Part shown: positions 18,120 to 26,832 of the stretch, in pieces
Layout: each line of letters starts with the position of its first letter
How positions within the stretch are numbered: position 1 is the stretch's first letter
Assembly: GCA_965206705.1 (NCBI GenBank)
Contig: CBDBKJ010000005.1
Span: 642,979-706,978 of the forward strand
Source of the DNA: Vicinamibacterales bacterium
GTDB taxonomy: Bacteria; Acidobacteriota; Vicinamibacteria; Vicinamibacterales; UBA8438
DNA: 64,000 bases
Direction: 5' to 3'
Position numbers and translations under genes: made by a program
The notes under the pieces: model-generated
Database searches by the model: none
What the model saw: the letters and a program-made list of their open reading frames with translations, nothing else
Told to the model about the DNA's origin: nothing

Positions 18120-18156
18120 GGCGGGCCGACGGCGCTGGTCGCCGGTCCGGCCCGCC
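18120..18156. terminator. G+C-rich imperfect hairpin between convergent genes (bidirectional terminator candidate)
   Basis: GGCGGGCCG...CGGCCCGCC outer arms with further inner pairing. Lies between the stops at 18108 (+) and 18175 (-). Confidence 0.45.
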
Positions 18157-18174
18157 GGCACGCGGCGGCCTGCG

Positions 18175-19656
18175 TCAGCGGGCCGCATCCATCGCCTGCG
18201 TGAACGCCGACTGAAGCGCGGACTGCGCTTCGGTCAGGCGTGCGCGCGTGTCCCGCAGCCAGCCCCGACTCGCGTCCGCCTGCTCGCGCCCTGCCTGGAG
18301 CATGCGCGTCACCTCCGCCGCCTGGGGGCCGCCGAGGCCGCGTCGGCTCGCGACCATCTGCTCGGGGTCGAGCGCGGCCTGGATGAGCGCCACGTCGACC
18401 GGCAGCGGCTCGCTGTAGGCTTCCTCGTACAGGTGGAGCAGCTCGTCCGCGGTCAGGTCCTTGGGCCGCTTGCCGCCGGCGCGGCCATACTCCGTGATCT
18501 CCGACGCGTAGTGGTGACCGACCCGGAAGGGGACGTCGGCGTGGCGCAGCAGCGTATCGGCGACCTCGGTCATCGTGGCGTAGTCGGCGTCGACCTCCGC
18601 GAGCGACCGGGCGGGGTCGACGACCAACCCGTTCACGACGTCCGCGTAGAGGCGGTACATCTCCCCGGCCTTGGCGGTGGTTTCCAGAAGCTGGTCGGTG
18701 CTGCGATAGTCGGCCATGCCGGTCGAGGTGTTGTGCGCGTTGAGGAACACCGTCTGCGCGTCGCCGATCACGGTGCTCGCGAGCCGGCGGAGCGTGGCGA
18801 GAATGACGGGGTTCCGCTTCTGCGGCATGATGCTGCTGACCCCGGTGAGGGACCGGTCGAGGAGCAGCCAGGGCGCGGGGTCGTGATACTGGACGTGCAC
18901 GTCCTCCATGAGCTGACCGATGGACAGGGCGGAGATCGCGAGGGTCGACGCGACCTCCGTCTTCGAATCGACCGACGAGACGTGGTTGGCGTCGTAGGCG
19001 TTCTCGACCACGCCGTCGAACCCGAGCAGCTCGGCGAGGCGCTCGCGATCGAGAGGGAACCCGGAGGTGGCGAGGGCGGCGGCGCCGAGGGGGCTGCGGT
19101 TCACCCGCGCGAAGGTCTCCTCCAGGCGCTCGGCGTCGCGGTCGAGGGCGGCGGCGAAGGCCAGCAGATAGTGGGCCAGCGAAGTCGGCTGCGCCTGCAC
19201 TCCGTGGGTGTAGGCGGGAATGATGGTCCCGGTGTGTCGCCCCGCCAGGGTGAGCAACGCGTCGCGCGGCGCGAGCAGGGCGTCGTAGGCGTCGAGCAGG
19301 GCCTCGCGAATGGCGAGGCGGCGGAACGTCGAGCCGATGTCCTGACGGCTCCGGCCGGTGTGCAGCCGCGACGCGTCCCGGCCCGCGACCTCGACGAGCC
19401 GCGCCTCGAAGTCGAGGTAGTCGGACGAGCGCGGGGCGCCCGGCTCGGCCTGCTCGGCGACGACCGCCGCGACGCCGCCGGCGATCGCCGACGCCATCGC
19501 CTCGGGAACCAGGCCGACCTCGCTCAGCATGACGATGGACGCCTTGTTGATCTCGCCGAGATGGTGAAAGTCGTCATGCGCGGGTTGCGCGAACGCGGGG
19601 GCGGCGCCGAGCGAGAAGCCGAGCACCACCACCGCCGAGAGCTGACCACGTGACAT
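18175..19656 (-). CDS. argininosuccinate lyase/fumarase-superfamily lyase with N-terminal signal peptide
   Basis: LHTGRSRQDIGST and the superfamily signature GVSSIMPQKRNPV. The N-terminus MSRGQLSAVVVLGFSLGAAPAFAQP looks like a Sec signal. Confidence 0.8.
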   Translation of the reverse strand: MSRGQLSAVVVLGFSLGAAPAFAQPAHDDFHHLGEINKASIVMLSEVGLVPEAMASAIAGGVAAVVAEQAEPGAPRSSDYLDFEARLVEVAGRDASRLHTGRSRQDIGSTFRRLAIREALLDAYDALLAPRDALLTLAGRHTGTIIPAYTHGVQAQPTSLAHYLLAFAAALDRDAERLEETFARVNRSPLGAAALATSGFPLDRERLAELLGFDGVVENAYDANHVSSVDSKTEVASTLAISALSIGQLMEDVHVQYHDPAPWLLLDRSLTGVSSIMPQKRNPVILATLRRLASTVIGDAQTVFLNAHNTSTGMADYRSTDQLLETTAKAGEMYRLYADVVNGLVVDPARSLAEVDADYATMTEVADTLLRHADVPFRVGHHYASEITEYGRAGGKRPKDLTADELLHLYEEAYSEPLPVDVALIQAALDPEQMVASRRGLGGPQAAEVTRMLQAGREQADASRGWLRDTRARLTEAQSALQSAFTQAMDAAR

Positions 19657-19707
19657 CGCGTTCCTCCTGAATCGGGGCTTCTGAGTTCTCTACCGCTGCA
19701 ACAGAAT

Positions 19708-19739
19708 TCATCGATTTCACGAAAATTGATGAATTCTGA
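19708..19739. repeat. 32-nt palindrome-bearing repeat, copy A (downstream of Fic gene)
   Basis: TCATCGATTTCACGAAAATTGATGAATTCTGA. 8-bp arms AATTCATC/GATGAATT (19705..19712 and 19728..19735). Immediately followed by the 16-nt palindrome TGATGAGTTCTCATCA. Confidence 0.8.
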
Positions 19740-19998
19740 TGAGTTCTCATCAATCCGGTGCGCCGCAGTCGAGTCGGACCGCTCGACGGGTCCCCAACCA
19801 GCCCTCGTCGAGGCGGTCCACACGAACCGGGTCGCGCTGCGCGGCGTGGCGCGGGGGGCTTACCGCGGTCGCCGATATCGCGTCCCGCGCCAGTCCCGCA
19901 GGAAACTCCATGTCGCGACGTCGTCGAGGCTGGTATACCACAACCATCCCGCAGCCGGCCGAACCTGAGAATCGGAACAGAAGCGGTGCGGTGACCTC

Positions 19999-21360
19999 TC
20001 ATTCGGCCGGGGCGAGCGATTCGAGTCGGGCCTCGAGGTCGCGCGGGGCGTGGAAGACGTAGGTCCGCCCGCCGATCCGCCGCCGGTCGAGGAGCCCGAG
20101 CTCCGCGAGCCGGAAAAGATCGGCGCGGGCGGTAGCGTACGCGACATCGTGACTCGTCCGGTGGGACCGGGTCGTGTACTCGCCGTCCGGGTGACGGACA
20201 GCGTGGGCGAGCAGCGCGAGCTGGCGGTGGTTGAGGTCGGTTGAATGCTTGAGTCTGCGTTCGACCCGCTGCACCTGCTCGATCTTGGTTTCGAAGTACG
20301 TGTCGAGCTCGTCGATTGCGCGGCGAATCACGTCGACCTGATGCACGATGAAGTAGGTCAGGTCGTTCTCGTCGGTTTCGGTGTGGAGGAGCGCCCGGGC
20401 GTACTGCGCCGGAGCGGCCTTGAGAAATCGGCTGATCGAGACGAATTCGAACAGCCAATAGTCGTGGTGCAGCATCGCCCAGTAGAACAGCGCCCGGGCC
20501 GTGCGTCCGTTGCCGTCCTCGAACGGATGGTCGAAGGCGAGCCAGAAGTGCAACACGATGGCGCGGACGACGGGGTGCATGAACGCCCCGTCGTCGGCGT
20601 CCCGATTCGCGAACTGCACCATCTCGTTCAAGCGGCCGGGCAGTTGCTCTGCCGGCGGTGGATGGTAGAGCACCCGTTCCTGGGCATCACAGACCTCGAC
20701 CCGCTCGTCCTCGGGCCGTTGCAGACGCCCGGCCGCGGCCGGATCGCGAAGGGTGTCTTCCGTCAGTGTGACGTGCAGATCCCGCACCGCGTCCTCGGTC
20801 AGCGGCGAGTCCTTCATCGTGCGGACCGCCCGCATGGCGCGGTAGTTGTTCAGGATCATCCGTTCGCTGCGGTCCCTGGGGCGCCGTCCCGCGCGGAGCA
20901 TCCGCATCGCGGCGGCCCGCGTCGTGGAGGCGCCTTCGAGCTGGCTCGACGTGATGGCTTCCTGGATCAGCGAGTTGACGATGAACCGATCCCGGGTCTG
21001 CCGATTGGCCACGGTGTCGGACATTCCAATCCGGCCGCCGGCCCGGCTGTCGATTAGGTGCAGCGCCTCCTGGACGCGGTCGGGCAGCATGAAGTGGAAC
21101 GGCCGTCCGCGCGCGTCACGCAGTGGGATCTGGCGGAACAGGCCGCTTCGGGACAGCTTGATGCCGGTCCACCATTCCTCGCAGCTCAGGTCCCCGGGCG
21201 GATCGAGCCGTCGCAGCGTGTCCCAGTGAAGATAGCGGCCGTCCACCGTCGGGTGGAAGGAGTGGCGCATCAGCGCCGGCAGGCGATCGCTATGTCTCGC
21301 GATCAGCTCATGGAGGGGCAACTGGGAACGTGGTCGCTTCACGGTCACATCCTTCGTCAA
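19999..21360 (-). CDS. Fic family protein (class II, AMPylase-type active site)
   Basis: Canonical HPFEDGNGRTARAL (HxFx[DE]GNGRxxR) and an N-terminal inhibitory-helix motif SSQLEG ([ST]xxxE[GN]). C-terminal winged-helix-like tail. Confidence 0.9.
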   Translation of the reverse strand: MTKDVTVKRPRSQLPLHELIARHSDRLPALMRHSFHPTVDGRYLHWDTLRRLDPPGDLSCEEWWTGIKLSRSGLFRQIPLRDARGRPFHFMLPDRVQEALHLIDSRAGGRIGMSDTVANRQTRDRFIVNSLIQEAITSSQLEGASTTRAAAMRMLRAGRRPRDRSERMILNNYRAMRAVRTMKDSPLTEDAVRDLHVTLTEDTLRDPAAAGRLQRPEDERVEVCDAQERVLYHPPPAEQLPGRLNEMVQFANRDADDGAFMHPVVRAIVLHFWLAFDHPFEDGNGRTARALFYWAMLHHDYWLFEFVSISRFLKAAPAQYARALLHTETDENDLTYFIVHQVDVIRRAIDELDTYFETKIEQVQRVERRLKHSTDLNHRQLALLAHAVRHPDGEYTTRSHRTSHDVAYATARADLFRLAELGLLDRRRIGGRTYVFHAPRDLEARLESLAPAE

Positions 21361-21372
21361 GCGCAGGTTTAT

Positions 21373-21404
21373 TCATCAGTTTTTAAAAAATTGATGAATG
21401 GTGA
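21373..21404. repeat. 32-nt palindrome-bearing repeat, copy C (upstream of Fic gene)
   Basis: TCATCAGTTTTTAAAAAATTGATGAATGGTGA with perfect 8-bp arms ATTCATCA/TGATGAAT. Confidence 0.7.
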
Positions 21405-21421
21405 TGGGACTGTATCACATA

Positions 21422-21453
21422 TCATCAATTCCATGAAAATTGATGAACTCTGA
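21422..21453. repeat. 32-nt palindrome-bearing repeat, copy B (upstream of Fic gene)
   Basis: TCATCAATTCCATGAAAATTGATGAACTCTGA. 28/32 identical to copy A, in the same orientation. Confidence 0.8.
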
Positions 21454-21897
21454 GGCGCTCTGCGAACGGCGTGGGTGTGACGATCTGCATGAAGGGGTCC
21501 GCCGTGCGATCACGCGCGATTCCTCGGCGGGTGCGAGTCCCGTCTGGCAACTGTTGTTCCAGCCGGAAGCAGTCGGAGCGGACGAAGTGCCTGGGCGGTC
21601 TGCTCGACAGGTTTGGCGGTGAGACGCCCCTCCGCCAGCTCCCTCACAGTTCGGCCGATCGGACCTCGGCACGCGTAGCGGAAGAACGGTGCGCAAGAAA
21701 GCGAATTTTTCGCTTGACAACATTTTCGACCGCAGATCCTTCGCGGTCTGGGTGCGAGATGCAAGCGCGCTCTGGCTGCTGCATTGGCCCCCTGTGGCTC
21801 GGCGCCGGCCAGGAAGATCCAAACCGACCCACGCGCCCCGAATCGACGCGCACGGGCGCTCTTAAGCCATTTAGAAACAGGGGTTTACAATGGGTTT

Positions 21898-23547
21898 ATG
21901 AACGTTGCCCCAAACCAACAAGAGACGCGTCTCACAGCCCTCGCCCCGACATCCGCAGCCGTTGGCGCGACCACGCCGCGCGGAGCGCAGTCGCCAATGT
22001 CGCAGGCGGCGGTCCCGACGTGCATCGAGGATCAACGCGCGTCGGTTCTCGAGCGCCGCGACGACGCCCAACGTATTGGCGACGGCATCGCCGAGCTGTC
22101 GGCCCGCATCCAGGCCGCCACCTACGAGCTCCTCGGAATGATTCGCGCCTTCGACGAGCGCGAGGGGTGGGCCGGGTTCGTGTCCTGCGCTCACTGGCTG
22201 AACTGGCGCACCGGACTCGCCCTGGGCGCGGCCCGCGAGAAGGTGCGGGTGGCGCGCGCGCTGGCAGACCTGCCGTTGCTGAGCGAGGCGATGCACCGGG
22301 GTCGGATCTCCTACTCGAAGGTACGCGCTCTGACCCGGGTGGCGACGCCCGCGAACGAGCGCCGTCTCCTCGACTTCGCGCTGTCCGGCACGGCGGCCCA
22401 CGTCGAACGGCTGGCGCGGGCTTGGCGCCGAGCGGACCGGCTGGCCGAGGGGGCCGACGAACAGCGGCGGCAGGAGCGCCGGAACCTGACCACCTGGGTC
22501 GACGACGACGGGATGGTCGTCATTCGGGGCCGGCTGTCGCCCGAGGTGGGCGCCGTTGTGCGGCGGGCGCTGGAGGCGGCGGCCGACCGGTTGCGCGCGG
22601 AGGTGTCGCTGGAAGAAGCGGCGGAGAACAGCGTCGGCCAGCGGCAGGCGGATGCGCTGGGGGTAGTGGCCGAGAGCGCGTTGGCCGCCGACCTCGACCG
22701 AGGGACGGCCGGCGATCGCTACCAGGTCGTGCTGCACGTTGAGGTGGAGACGCTCCAAGCCGAGGCCGGGGACGGCGAGCCGGACGTTTCCGCGGAGACG
22801 CGGCCCGGCGCACTGCCGACGGCGAGTCCGGGTCCAGCGGGGGTGGTGATCGTCGGTTCGGACGTTTCCGCGGAGACGTCATCGCGCGTCGCCGGCGTCC
22901 GCGCGTGTGCAGATACGAGCGGTTGCCCGGCCCCGGCTGTCCCTTCTGATCGTGTTCCCGGCCAAGCCGCGCTCGAAGACGCCGACGGGCTCCGGGTGTC
23001 CGTCGAAACCGCCAAACGGATGGCGTGCGACGCGGCGGTGGTGGTGATGCGGCATGGCGTTGACGGCTCCGTCCTCGACGTCGGCCGCAAGACACGCACC
23101 ATCCCGCCGGCGCTCCGGCGCGCGCTGCAGGCGCGCGACCGCCAGTGCCGGTTCCCCGGCTGTCACGCCCGACGGTGCGATGTCCACCACGTCCGGCCCT
23201 GGGCCGACGGGGGTCCGACCCGGCTCGACAACCTCGTGCTCCTCTGCCGCCGGCACCACCGGGCGGTCCACGAGGAGGGCTTCCAGGTTGGAATGGGTCC
23301 GGCGGGCGATACCGAGTTCCGCTGGCCCGATGGCCGACCGTTCCCCCACGTACCGGTGGCGCCTGCCTGGTCCGGCCGGCCGCTGGCGCCAACAGATGAG
23401 CGTCTGGCCGACGCCGAGATCGCGATCGGCCCCGACACGGCGACGCCGGACTGGTATGGAGAGCGTCTCGATCTCGGCTACGCGATTGACGTCATGTGGA
23501 TGCCGCGCAGCGGCTCCGGTGCAAATGCAGGCGGCGCGCAGTCATAG
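21898..23547 (+). CDS. DUF222-type HNH endonuclease
   Basis: N-terminal DUF222-like region (ATYELLGMIRAFDEREGW...ISYSKVRALTRVA). C-terminal HNH: CRFPGCHARRCDVHHVRPWADGGPTRLDNLVLLCRRHHRAVHE. Confidence 0.85.
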   Translation: MNVAPNQQETRLTALAPTSAAVGATTPRGAQSPMSQAAVPTCIEDQRASVLERRDDAQRIGDGIAELSARIQAATYELLGMIRAFDEREGWAGFVSCAHWLNWRTGLALGAAREKVRVARALADLPLLSEAMHRGRISYSKVRALTRVATPANERRLLDFALSGTAAHVERLARAWRRADRLAEGADEQRRQERRNLTTWVDDDGMVVIRGRLSPEVGAVVRRALEAAADRLRAEVSLEEAAENSVGQRQADALGVVAESALAADLDRGTAGDRYQVVLHVEVETLQAEAGDGEPDVSAETRPGALPTASPGPAGVVIVGSDVSAETSSRVAGVRACADTSGCPAPAVPSDRVPGQAALEDADGLRVSVETAKRMACDAAVVVMRHGVDGSVLDVGRKTRTIPPALRRALQARDRQCRFPGCHARRCDVHHVRPWADGGPTRLDNLVLLCRRHHRAVHEEGFQVGMGPAGDTEFRWPDGRPFPHVPVAPAWSGRPLAPTDERLADAEIAIGPDTATPDWYGERLDLGYAIDVMWMPRSGSGANAGGAQS

Positions 23548-23966
23548 AGACTGACACTGCGCGCTCCGTCGCTCGCGCAGTGACCAATAGGACTCGCGCG
23601 CTTGCACCTCTCCTCAAGAGATCGCAGATCCTGACGTGCACCCCCTGAGTCGAAGTGCACGCCGGATCCGTTCCGCCGGCAATCGAAGCGCGCCGTCCCC
23701 ACTTGCGATCACCGCCACATGCCGCCCGACAACCGGTACGGCGCGGACCATCGCCGCGTTCTATCGAGAAGGTGTGTTCGGCCGGACGCCGACCAGGTCC
23801 GGCCATCGCTCCCGTGCCCTTGCCTGCGCCGCGACATACGCTGTCTCGAAGTCGTCCATTGCTCCTCCCGGGCGCCCCAGTGTGGTTACGGGGAATCTGT
23901 CGGTATGGCGCGCCCCGGCGAACCAGTAGTACTGCCCGTTGTCCGCAACGATGCGAGGTATAACCG

Positions 23967-25372
23967 AATGTTGTGGATCGGGGCGTGAGGCAGGTGGCAT
24001 ATCCTTCCACGTGAACAGAAGAAACACCCTGGCTGGCGGGCCGGGGGGAAGGAGACACCACCCATGTTGAAGGTACTCGACCAGAGCCCGGAAGACAATG
24101 CCGAGACGACTGAAGGCGCCGTGCCCACCCTCGATGAGGTCGCCCGGGAGGGGGCTCGGCGCATGCTGAGGGCTGCCTTGGAGGCAGAGGTCGCGCAGTA
24201 CATCGAGTCGCATGCGGAGGCGCGTGACGAAACCGGCCGGGCGCTGGTCGTCCGCAATGGCCGGGGGCAATCCCGCTCGGTGACCTGCGGGGCGGGGACG
24301 ATGCAGGTCCGGGCACCGCGGGTGAACGACCGGCGGGTTGACGACGACGGCGAGCGCCAGCGGTTCAGCAGTCGCATCCTGCCGCCGTACATGCGGCGGT
24401 CGCCGCAGGTGGCCGAGGTGCTTCCGCTGGTGTATCTGCGGGGGTTGTCGACGGGCGACTTTCGCGAGGCGCTCCCGGTGCTGCTCGGCGAGGACGCAGC
24501 GGGCCTGAGTCCGACGAACATCGCGCGGCTGACGTCGGCCTGGGACGAGGATTACCAGGCGTTCCGGCGCCGCGACCTGTCGGCGTGCGACTACATCTAC
24601 GTGTGGGTCGACGGGATCCACTTCAACATCCGTTTGGAAGAGGACCGTTTGTGCACGCTGGTGATCATCGGGGTGCGGTCGGACGGGACCAAGGAACTGG
24701 TGGCGCTCGAGGACGGCTATCGGGAGAGCACCGAGAGCTGGGCGAGCATGCTGCGGGACCTCCGGCGGCGCGGGCTGTGGGCGCCGGTGGTGGCGGTCGG
24801 CGACGGCGCGCTCGGCTTCTGGTCGGCGGTACGCGACGTCTGGCCGGAGACGAACGTGCAACGGTGCTGGTGCCACAAGATGGCCAATTGTGCTCGACAA
24901 GCTGCCCAAGCGTCTGCGGCCGCGGGCCAAGCGGGCGTTGCGGGAGATCATGTACGCCCCGACCAAGGCCGACGCCGAGACGGCCATCGAGGCCTTCGTT
25001 GCCGAGTTCGAGGCGAAGTATCCCAAGGCGACTGCCTGCCTGGTGACGGACCAGGCGGACTTGCTGACGTTCTTTGCGTATCCGGCGGAGCACTGGCAGC
25101 ATCTGCGGACGACGAACGTGATCGAATCGCCGTTCGCGACGGTCCGACTGCGGCAGCGTGTGACCAGAGGGGCTGGCTCGCGCACCAAGGGACTGCTGAT
25201 GGCGTTCAAACTGCTTGAGATGGCGCAGCGGCGGTGGCGGCGGCTGAACGGGGCGCACCTGCTACCCCTGGTTCGGGCAGGAGTGCGGTTCGTCAATGGC
25301 GTGCTGGACGAGCGCGGCGAGACAGAGAAGAAGGAGGCCGCCTGATCACGTCAAGAGCCGATCCACAACATT
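23967..25372 (+). mobile_element. IS256-family insertion sequence (~1.4 kb) with perfect 15-bp terminal inverted repeats
   Basis: AATGTTGTGGATCGG at 23967..23981 and its exact reverse complement at 25358..25372, flanking a Mutator/IS256-type transposase. No clear target-site duplication seen. Confidence 0.85.
24064..25345 (+). pseudogene. IS256-family transposase, frameshifted at ~24889
   Basis: ORF 24064.. reads ...YIYVWVDGIHFNIR...VQRCWCHKMAN and then shifts. ORF 24890..25345 continues (V)LDKLPKRLRPRAKRAL...EHWQHLRTTNVIESPF. One extra T in AATTG. Length is 3n+1. Confidence 0.85.
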
Positions 25373-25422
25373 TGACAATATCTCCAGGGTCACCGGAAAG
25401 GCGTCTCCATATTTGACCGTCG

Positions 25423-25716
25423 TTAGATGCCGTAGAAGCTCACGGCGTAGCGCCACGGCCGCGCTGTCCCGATCAGCCGACAGGCGTACTCCAGGGTAAA
25501 CAGCGCCACCGTCAGGGACTCGATCCACCTGAGTCCCGCCACCACCACCGCCGGCAACCCCCGGATCGTTCCGATAGAGAACGCCGCCAGCGAGAACAGT
25601 ATCACCGCAGACATCGTCAACTCGAACGCCTGCGTCTGCACCAGGCGCTGCAACCGCAGGCGCGGTCCCATGGGCGTCGGCGCCGGTGGGTAGTCCGACG
25701 GGAGCGGATGCATCAC
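25423..25716 (-). pseudogene. N-terminal fragment (97 aa) of an ion-transport (voltage-gated-type) channel protein
   Basis: FELTMSAVILFSLAAFSIGT and IESLTVALFTLEYACRLIGTARPWRYAVSFYGI resemble the S1-S2 segments. The ORF stops about 50 nt from the IS256 end. ATGA overlap with the NHL gene's stop. Confidence 0.55.
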
Positions 25717-26768
25717 TCCAGCAGTCGGATGCGGTGGGCTTCGCTGTCGCCGACGTAGAGCCCGCGGCCGGGCTCGTAGAAGATGCCGTGGGGCCTCGCC
25801 ATGCGGCAGCGCAGCGGATCGTCTTCCGGACCGTCTCCGCGCGCGCCGTCGCCGAGCACGGTGGAGATCAGGCCGGTGGCGGTGTCGACCATGCGGATGA
25901 CGTGGTTCTCGGTGTCGGCGATGTACAGCCGGCCCTCGGCGAACGCGAGCCCCTTGGGGCCGGCCAGCGTCGCGACGGGGGCGGGGCCGCTGTCGCCGGT
26001 GTAGCCCTGCTCGCCGGTGCCGGCCACGTGGTGGATGGTCTCGGCCGCCAGATCGATCCGGTAGATGGCGTTGCCTTCCCGCAGGGCCAGGTACAGGTTG
26101 CCGTCGGGGTCGCTGGCCATGGCGCGGGGGCCGTTGAGCGGCGTGCCGGCCAGCGGGGCCCCGTCGGGCGTCGGCTCGCGGTCGCCGGTGCCGGCCCAGG
26201 TCTCGATGTGGCCGGTGGCGGGGTCGACGCGGCGGATGCGGTGGTTCCCGATATCGCAGATCAGGAGCCGGCCGTCGGGGTCGAAGGCGATGCTGTGCGG
26301 GCGCCTGAGCATCGCCTCGACGGCCGGTCCGCCATCGCCGGAGAAGCCCGCTTCGCCGGTGCCGGCGACGGTGGAGATGACCCCCGTGACCGCGTCGACC
26401 CGGCGCACCACGTGGCTGTCGCGCTCGACGATGTAGAGATGACCCGCGCCGTCGAACTGGATCTCGTGCGGCATGTTCAGAGCGGCTTCGGTGGCGGGGC
26501 CGCCGTCGCCGGCGTAGCCCCGCTCGCCGTTTCCGGCGATGGTGGTCGTGGCCCCGGTCTCGCGGTCCAGCCGCCGGATGCGCTGGTTGTCCAGGTCGCA
26601 GAAGTACAGCGCGCCGTCGGGACCGACGACGACGCCGTAGGGATTGGCGACCTGCGCGTCGGAGAGACCCGCTGCGCCGTTGCCGATGACGGTGGTGACG
26701 GTGGCCGCCTCCGGGTGGGCGAGGCCGACGAGCAGCAGCGCCGATGCCAGACCGATCTTGCGTGTCAT
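25713..26768 (-). CDS. NHL-repeat beta-propeller protein (secreted)
   Basis: Start MTRKIGLASALLLVGLAHPEA. Six repeats of the type GNG..GY.GDGGPA..A.L..P..I.FD..G.LYI.D..NH.IRR.D. Confidence 0.85.
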   Translation of the reverse strand: MTRKIGLASALLLVGLAHPEAATVTTVIGNGAAGLSDAQVANPYGVVVGPDGALYFCDLDNQRIRRLDRETGATTTIAGNGERGYAGDGGPATEAALNMPHEIQFDGAGHLYIVERDSHVVRRVDAVTGVISTVAGTGEAGFSGDGGPAVEAMLRRPHSIAFDPDGRLLICDIGNHRIRRVDPATGHIETWAGTGDREPTPDGAPLAGTPLNGPRAMASDPDGNLYLALREGNAIYRIDLAAETIHHVAGTGEQGYTGDSGPAPVATLAGPKGLAFAEGRLYIADTENHVIRMVDTATGLISTVLGDGARGDGPEDDPLRCRMARPHGIFYEPGRGLYVGDSEAHRIRLLE

Positions 26769-26832
26769 GGTGTCTCCGTTCCTGGCGGCCCGCACCCGAG
26801 GGCCGCTCACGTGTCGTCTCGTTGGTCGGTTG

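Noticed and set aside
21527-21543. tRNA T-arm-like hairpin GCGGG-TGCGAGT-CCCGT in the Fic/HNH spacer, a possible att-site tRNA remnant
   Set aside because: The loop lacks the canonical TTCRANY sequence. No complementary acceptor strand (TTGCCAG) lies about 70 nt upstream, and no anticodon or D arms could be drawn. Not supportable as a tRNA or fragment.
23761-23966. Open frame reading out of the IS256 left end (...IPRIVADNGQYYWFAGARHTDRFP...MDDFETAYVAAQARARERW...) as a possible continuation of the truncated channel gene
   Set aside because: The sequence is hydrophilic and unlike the S3-S6 channel segments, so it is not the missing part of the channel. Too short and featureless to annotate.
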